Below, piece by piece: positions 59,070 through 64,000 of a DNA stretch of 64,000 nucleotides. Both the position numbers and the translations under genes were made by a program. Positions within the stretch are counted from its first letter, which is position 1, and each line of letters starts with the position of its first letter. This DNA comes from Alphaproteobacteria bacterium (GTDB lineage: Bacteria > Pseudomonadota > Alphaproteobacteria > JASGCL01). Where the stretch lies: assembly GCA_051010635.1 (NCBI GenBank), contig JBPCVJ010000025.1, positions 18,231 through 82,230 on the forward strand, written 5' to 3'. The notes beneath the pieces are model-generated. The model made no database searches and was not told where the DNA came from. It was given only the letters and a program-made list of their open reading frames with translations.

Positions 59070-60746
59070 TTAAAATAAACCTTCAATTTCACTATATTGA
59101 TTTAAGTGAATATTTTCTGCCGCAGGTATAGATGGCAACCCAGGCATGGTCATGATATCGCCGCAGATGGCAATAATAAAGCCCGCACCAGCGGAAAGCC
59201 TTACCTCACGCACTGGCACATTATGGTGAAGCGGTGCCCCCATTAATTTGGGGTCGGTTGAAAAACTATATTGTGTTTTTGCCATACAAATAGGCAAATG
59301 ACCAAAACCTCTGCTTTCCCAAGTTTTTAATTTTTCCCGCACCGAACTATTGGCTTCCACCTCATCGGCACGATAAATTTCACGGGCGATGGTGGTTATT
59401 TTGTCAAACAATGCCATGTTATCAGGATAGAGGGTGCGAAATTGTGCCATATTATTTTCGGCTATCTCAACAACTTTTTTTGCCAAATCTTCACAGCCAC
59501 GCCCACCATCGCTCCAATGGGTGCAGGGGAATGCCGCAACACCCATTGTTTTGGTAAAATTCTGTATGGTTTTGATTTCTTTATCGGTATCTTGATGAAA
59601 TTTGTTGATAGCCACCACGGTGGGCACACCAAATTTACCGATATTTTGTAAATGCCGTTCTAAATTGGCAAGACCTTTTTCTAATGATTTGATATCTTCT
59701 TTATGAAGGTCGCTTTTGGCAACCCCGCCATGCATTTTTAATGCCCGCACGGTGGCAACCACCACCGTTGCCGCGGGGTGCAGATCGGCTTTACGGCATT
59801 TGATGTTGAAGAATTTTTCTGCCCCCAAATCAGCACCAAACCCTGCTTCGGTGATGACATAATCAGCTAATTTCATCGCACTACTGGTGGCAGAGACGCT
59901 GTTGCAACCATGGGCGATATTGGCAAAAGGTCCGCCATGGATCATGGCTGGATTATTTTCTAAAGTTTGCACCAAATTGGGAGAGAAAGCATCCTTTAAT
60001 AACACCGTCATAGGACCTTCGGCTTTTAGGTCGCTTGCCCGCACCTGTTGTTTGTCTATATTATGGGCAACAACAATTTCACCCAAGCGTTTTTGCAAAT
60101 CCTCCAAAGAAGTGGCAAGGCAGAAAATTGCCATAACTTCAGAAGCAACGGTAATATCAAAACCACCTTGGCGTGGATAACCATTTTGGGCAGCGCCCAA
60201 ACTAACCACTATTTCACGCAACGCCCTATCATTGACATCCATCACCCGTCGCCAAGAAATGCGGCGGCTATCAATGCGTAATTTATTACCCCAATAAATA
60301 TGGTTATCTATCAAGGCTGATAATAAATTATTTGCCGCAGTGATGGCATGAAAATCGCCAGTGAAATGTAAATTGATATCTTCCATCGGCACCACTTGGG
60401 AATAGCCGCCACCTGCCGCGCCACCCTTGACTCCAAAACAAGGACCAAGCGATGGTTCACGCAAAGCAACGATAGATTTTTTACCCATCAGGCACAAAGC
60501 ATCATGTAGCCCGACCGAAGTGGTTGTTTTGCCTTCGCCCGCTGGGGTGGGTGAAATGGCGGTGACAAGAATAAGTTTGCTTTTTTTATTGGGCAATTTA
60601 TCCAAAAAAGTATGGTCTATTTTTACTTTGCTATGCCCATATGGCACTAAGGCTTGGTTATCAAGGTTTAAGGATTTTGCGACCTCAATAATGGGTTTTA
60701 GTTTTGCGGCACGGGCAATTTCAATATCGCTGGGAAAGTTTGCCAT
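59070..60746 (-). CDS. fhs: Formate--tetrahydrofolate ligase
   Basis: This is a 558-aa ORF with a P-loop ([10 protein letters not shown]) and FTHFS signature regions. Confidence 0.85.
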   Translation of the reverse strand: MANFPSDIEIARAAKLKPIIEVAKSLNLDNQALVPYGHSKVKIDHTFLDKLPNKKSKLILVTAISPTPAGEGKTTTSVGLHDALCLMGKKSIVALREPSLGPCFGVKGGAAGGGYSQVVPMEDINLHFTGDFHAITAANNLLSALIDNHIYWGNKLRIDSRRISWRRVMDVNDRALREIVVSLGAAQNGYPRQGGFDITVASEVMAIFCLATSLEDLQKRLGEIVVAHNIDKQQVRASDLKAEGPMTVLLKDAFSPNLVQTLENNPAMIHGGPFANIAHGCNSVSATSSAMKLADYVITEAGFGADLGAEKFFNIKCRKADLHPAATVVVATVRALKMHGGVAKSDLHKEDIKSLEKGLANLERHLQNIGKFGVPTVVAINKFHQDTDKEIKTIQNFTKTMGVAAFPCTHWSDGGRGCEDLAKKVVEIAENNMAQFRTLYPDNMALFDKITTIAREIYRADEVEANSSVREKLKTWESRGFGHLPICMAKTQYSFSTDPKLMGAPLHHNVPVREVRLSAGAGFIIAICGDIMTMPGLPSIPAAENIHLNQYSEIEGLF

Positions 60747-61000
60747 ATTATTTTCCTTTTCTTTTTTAAAAAAATCATATTTTGGTTGGTTAAAGATTGA
60801 AAAAAATTAGTTCCATTTTCATTAACCCATCAAACCCATCAATAAAAATGATAAAGTTTGTGTTTGAAAAATCTACCCTCTTCTTCGCACAAAACCTTAC
60901 CTTAAAGCTTAAAAAAAAGCAATGTTAAATATAGGGGGTGTTATTTTTGTGCTAGTTGTATTTTTTTAAGAATCGGCATAAAGCTGGGGCAAATAATATC

Positions 61001-63799
61001 ATGGCAAAAAAGGCAATAGATTCATCTGAAAAACAAACCACCGCTGATGATAAAGCGGTGGTATCAATTGGCATGGATGGCAATGGTGTGGCGACTGGCA
61101 TTACCCCAATAGGTTTGGGTGATGAAATGAAAAAAAGTTATATGGAATATGCGATGAGTGTGATAGTCGCTCGTGCCTTGCCTGATGTGCGTGATGGGTT
61201 AAAGCCTGTGCATCGCCGTATTCTTTATGCCATGAAAGAAAATGGTTATGATTGGTCAAAACCATTTAGAAAATCGGCTCGTATTGTTGGCGAGGTGATG
61301 GGTAAATACCATCCGCATGGCGACCAAGCGATTTATGATTCGATGGTGCGTATGGCACAGAGTTTTTCGTTGCGTTTGCCATTGATAGCGGGGCAAGGTA
61401 ATTTTGGTTCGTTGGATGGCGACCCGCCAGCAGCTATGCGTTATACTGAGGCACGATTGGCAAAATCTGCCGAGACGCTTTTGACCGATATTGATAATGA
61501 TACGGTTGATTTTGGTACAAATTATGATGATTCGATTTCTGAACCTTTGGTGTTGCCCGCACGCATTCCCAATCTATTGGCGAATGGTGCATCGGGTATT
61601 GCGGTGGGTATGGCGACCAATATTCCACCGCATAATTTGGCTGAATTATTGCACGCTTTGATAGGTTTGGTGAATAACCCTGAGATGTCTGATGATGATA
61701 TAAAAAAAATTGTGCCTGGGCCTGATTTTCCAACTGGGGGGTTGATATTGGGGCGTGATGGTATTGACCAATCTTTTGCTACGGGGCGGGGATCAATCAA
61801 GATGCGTGGTCGGGTGGCAATAGAAACTTTTGGTAAGGAGAGAGAAAGGATTGTCATTAGTGAAATTCCCTATCAAGTGAATAAGGCAACTATGATAGAA
61901 AAAATGGCAGAATTGGTGCAAAACAAAACCATTGAAGGTATTAGTGATATTAGAGATGAATCTGACCGCATGGGTGTGCGGGTGGTGCTGGAAGTAAAAA
62001 AAGATGCAACCGCACAGGTGTTGTTGCAACAATTATATAAATTTTCACCACTTGAGATAAGTTTTGGCGTGAATATGTTATCATTGAATAATGGGTTGCC
62101 TGAAATGTTGCCCTTGCCACGGGTTTTGCATCGCTTTATTGAATTTCGTGATGAGGTTATTCAGCGTCGCAGTCGCTATCTATTGGCAAAGGCAAAGGCA
62201 CGGGCGCATATTGTTGCGGGGTTAATTATTGCCACCGAAAATATTGATGCGATGATAGATTTAATAAAATCATCAAAAGATGCCGCACAGGCAAGGCAAA
62301 AAATGACCAGCCAACAATGGCTTGCGAGTGATGTGGTGCCTTTTTTAAAAATCATTGATAAGGCTGATAAAAATTTAAGCGGGTCAAAATACAAATTGAC
62401 CGATGAGCAAGCATCGGCAATATTGGATTTGCGTTTGCAACGCTTGACCGCTTTGGAAAAAGATAAATTGGCACTTGAAATGAAAGAATTGTCAAATGCC
62501 ATTCATCAATATGAAAAACTATTGGCTGATGAAAAGTCAAGGCATGGGGTGATGGTGGAAGAGTTTGAAGATATTTTGAAAAATTTTTCTACTCCTCGCC
62601 GCACCGAAATTATTGCCGCTCAAGAAAATGTTGAAATTACCGATTTGATTGAAAAAGAAGATATGATGGTGAGTGTGACCTATGGTGGTTATATTAAACG
62701 GGTGCCGCTTGATGCCTATCGCACACAAAAGCGGGGCGGTAAGGGAAAAATGGGTATGACAACCAAAGAAGATGATTTTGTTTGGAAAGTGTTTGTTGCT
62801 GATACCCATACCGATATGTTATTTTTTTCATCAACTGGGAAATGTTATAAATTGAAAGTTTATGAAATTCCTGAAAGTTCGTTGGCTAGTAAAGGCAAAT
62901 CATTGGTGAATATTTTGCCGCTTTCGCTTAGGGAACATATCACCACGGTGTTGCCTTTGCCTGCCGACCAAGCGGCATGGCAAGATAAATTTATGGTGTT
63001 TGCAACTGCATCAGGTTATGTTAGGCGCAATTTATTATCTGATTTTGCCGATGAACGAAAGGCGGGTAAGGTGGCGATGAAATTGGCTGATGGTGATAGT
63101 TTGGTTGGGGTGCTTATAGCTAGCGTGTATCAGGATGTTTTTTTGGCAAGCGAACAATCAACTGCCATTCGTTTTCCTATATCACGGCAAAGCGACAATG
63201 GTGATGAAAAAGGTGTGCGGGTATTTTCAGGGCGGGCTTCGAATGGGGTGCGGGCAATAAAATTATCCCAAGCGGATAGGGTGGTGGCAATGGATATTAT
63301 GAATTGTGGCGAAGATGAATCGGATATGCGTGATGGTTATTTGGCAACCGTAAATGCCAAGCTGCGCCTTAAGGATAAAGAATATGCCGCCAGCGGGTCA
63401 GAAGAATCTTTACGTGATAAGGCAAAGGTTGCTGAATTTGACAAAACATTATTTACAAAAATGGCTCAGCAAGAACAATTTGTTTTGACTATCAACCAAG
63501 CGGGGTTTGGTCAATTATGTTCATCTTATGATTATCGCACGACCAATCGTGGTGGCAAGGGTATTAGCAATATGGATAGCGAAAGCCAAATTATTGATGC
63601 TTTTGTTATCAATCCCAAACAAGATGAGGTGATGTTGGTGACCGATGGTGGGCAAACCATTAGATTGCAAACCAAAACCATTCGTAAAGTTTCACGCCAT
63701 GCCAAGGGGGTTAAATTGGCAACATTAGGTGGCGAACAAAAAATTGCTTCGGTGGCACATATTAGTTATATTGATGATGCTGAGGTGAATAAGGTATGA
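61001..63799 (+). CDS. gyrA: DNA gyrase subunit A
   Basis: The catalytic Tyr region and the QRDR context are present (AMRYTEARL ... [17 protein letters not shown]), together with C-terminal beta-pinwheel repeats. The ORF track starts at 60956. The Met at 61001 (MAKKAIDSS) is the more plausible start. Confidence 0.9.
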   Translation: MAKKAIDSSEKQTTADDKAVVSIGMDGNGVATGITPIGLGDEMKKSYMEYAMSVIVARALPDVRDGLKPVHRRILYAMKENGYDWSKPFRKSARIVGEVMGKYHPHGDQAIYDSMVRMAQSFSLRLPLIAGQGNFGSLDGDPPAAMRYTEARLAKSAETLLTDIDNDTVDFGTNYDDSISEPLVLPARIPNLLANGASGIAVGMATNIPPHNLAELLHALIGLVNNPEMSDDDIKKIVPGPDFPTGGLILGRDGIDQSFATGRGSIKMRGRVAIETFGKERERIVISEIPYQVNKATMIEKMAELVQNKTIEGISDIRDESDRMGVRVVLEVKKDATAQVLLQQLYKFSPLEISFGVNMLSLNNGLPEMLPLPRVLHRFIEFRDEVIQRRSRYLLAKAKARAHIVAGLIIATENIDAMIDLIKSSKDAAQARQKMTSQQWLASDVVPFLKIIDKADKNLSGSKYKLTDEQASAILDLRLQRLTALEKDKLALEMKELSNAIHQYEKLLADEKSRHGVMVEEFEDILKNFSTPRRTEIIAAQENVEITDLIEKEDMMVSVTYGGYIKRVPLDAYRTQKRGGKGKMGMTTKEDDFVWKVFVADTHTDMLFFSSTGKCYKLKVYEIPESSLASKGKSLVNILPLSLREHITTVLPLPADQAAWQDKFMVFATASGYVRRNLLSDFADERKAGKVAMKLADGDSLVGVLIASVYQDVFLASEQSTAIRFPISRQSDNGDEKGVRVFSGRASNGVRAIKLSQADRVVAMDIMNCGEDESDMRDGYLATVNAKLRLKDKEYAASGSEESLRDKAKVAEFDKTLFTKMAQQEQFVLTINQAGFGQLCSSYDYRTTNRGGKGISNMDSESQIIDAFVINPKQDEVMLVTDGGQTIRLQTKTIRKVSRHAKGVKLATLGGEQKIASVAHISYIDDAEVNKV

Positions 63800-64000
63800 A
63801 GAAGGCGGTTTATCCTGGCACATTTGACCCCATGACTTTGGGGCATGTTAATCTATTGTCGCGGGCTACAGGTTTATGCGATCAATTGATTGTTGGGGTG
63901 GCGAGCCATAGTGGTAAAACAGCGATGTTTCAGCTTGATGAAAGGGTGGCAATGGTAGAGGTAGCATTAAAAACACTGGCTACATCGGTGGCAAAAAAAA
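63796..64000 (+). CDS. coaD: Phosphopantetheine adenylyltransferase (3' end lies outside the window)
   Basis: It has the N-terminal motif ([21 protein letters not shown]) with the T/HxGH nucleotidyltransferase signature. Its start overlaps the gyrA stop (ATGA). Confidence 0.8.
   Translation, partial: MKKAVYPGTFDPMTLGHVNLLSRATGLCDQLIVGVASHSGKTAMFQLDERVAMVEVALKTLATSVAKK

Noticed and set aside
58919-59131. A 70-aa ORF overlapping the tRNA-Cys
   Set aside because: It spans a cleanly folding tRNA and runs into fhs. The tRNA is the real feature.
1-64000. CRISPR arrays, IS elements, integrases, phage genes and direct-repeat-flanked islands
   Set aside because: None seen. Intergenic regions are short (mostly under 150 nt) and contain no periodic repeats. 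No transposase or recombinase-like translations appear in any frame of the ORF track.

Overview
This is a 64 kb stretch of AT-rich chromosome that is densely packed with about 55 protein genes, one tRNA and very short intergenic gaps. The gene content looks alphaproteobacterial: an HdaA-like protein divergent from purM, a DUF1013-like protein, DUF1244, lpxI inside an lpxD-fabZ-lpxA cluster, AddAB rather than RecBCD, and a 310-aa argC. I cannot name the organism. Most of the window is ordinary housekeeping. It includes lipid A synthesis (lpxD, fabZ, lpxA, lpxI), purM and purN, dxs, gyrA, mnmG, gltA, queG, argC, addAB, trpG and trpD, fhs, gltX and cysK. I found no CRISPR array, no transposase or integrase, no phage genes and no recognisable defence island. 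The region that is hardest to explain is a co-directional block on the minus strand at about 48.9-58.1 kb. It holds a SoxB-like FAD oxidase with a degenerate dinucleotide-binding motif, overlapping a 1311-aa SoxA-like subunit that carries low-complexity insertions. No SoxD or SoxG is visible. After them come an unknown 244-aa protein, a fused double-ATPase ABC protein with no permease or binding protein, and a class-III aminotransferase. If anything here is a new module, I would look at this block first, as a candidate secondary-amine or N-methyl amino acid catabolic unit. I also found a 42-aa ribosomal protein bL36 gene that the 60-aa ORF cutoff missed, an isolated tRNA-Cys(GCA), an ABC importer operon with no binding-protein gene, and several start-site corrections. 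Everything is read from the sequence by eye. No database search was possible, so family assignments rest on remembered motifs.
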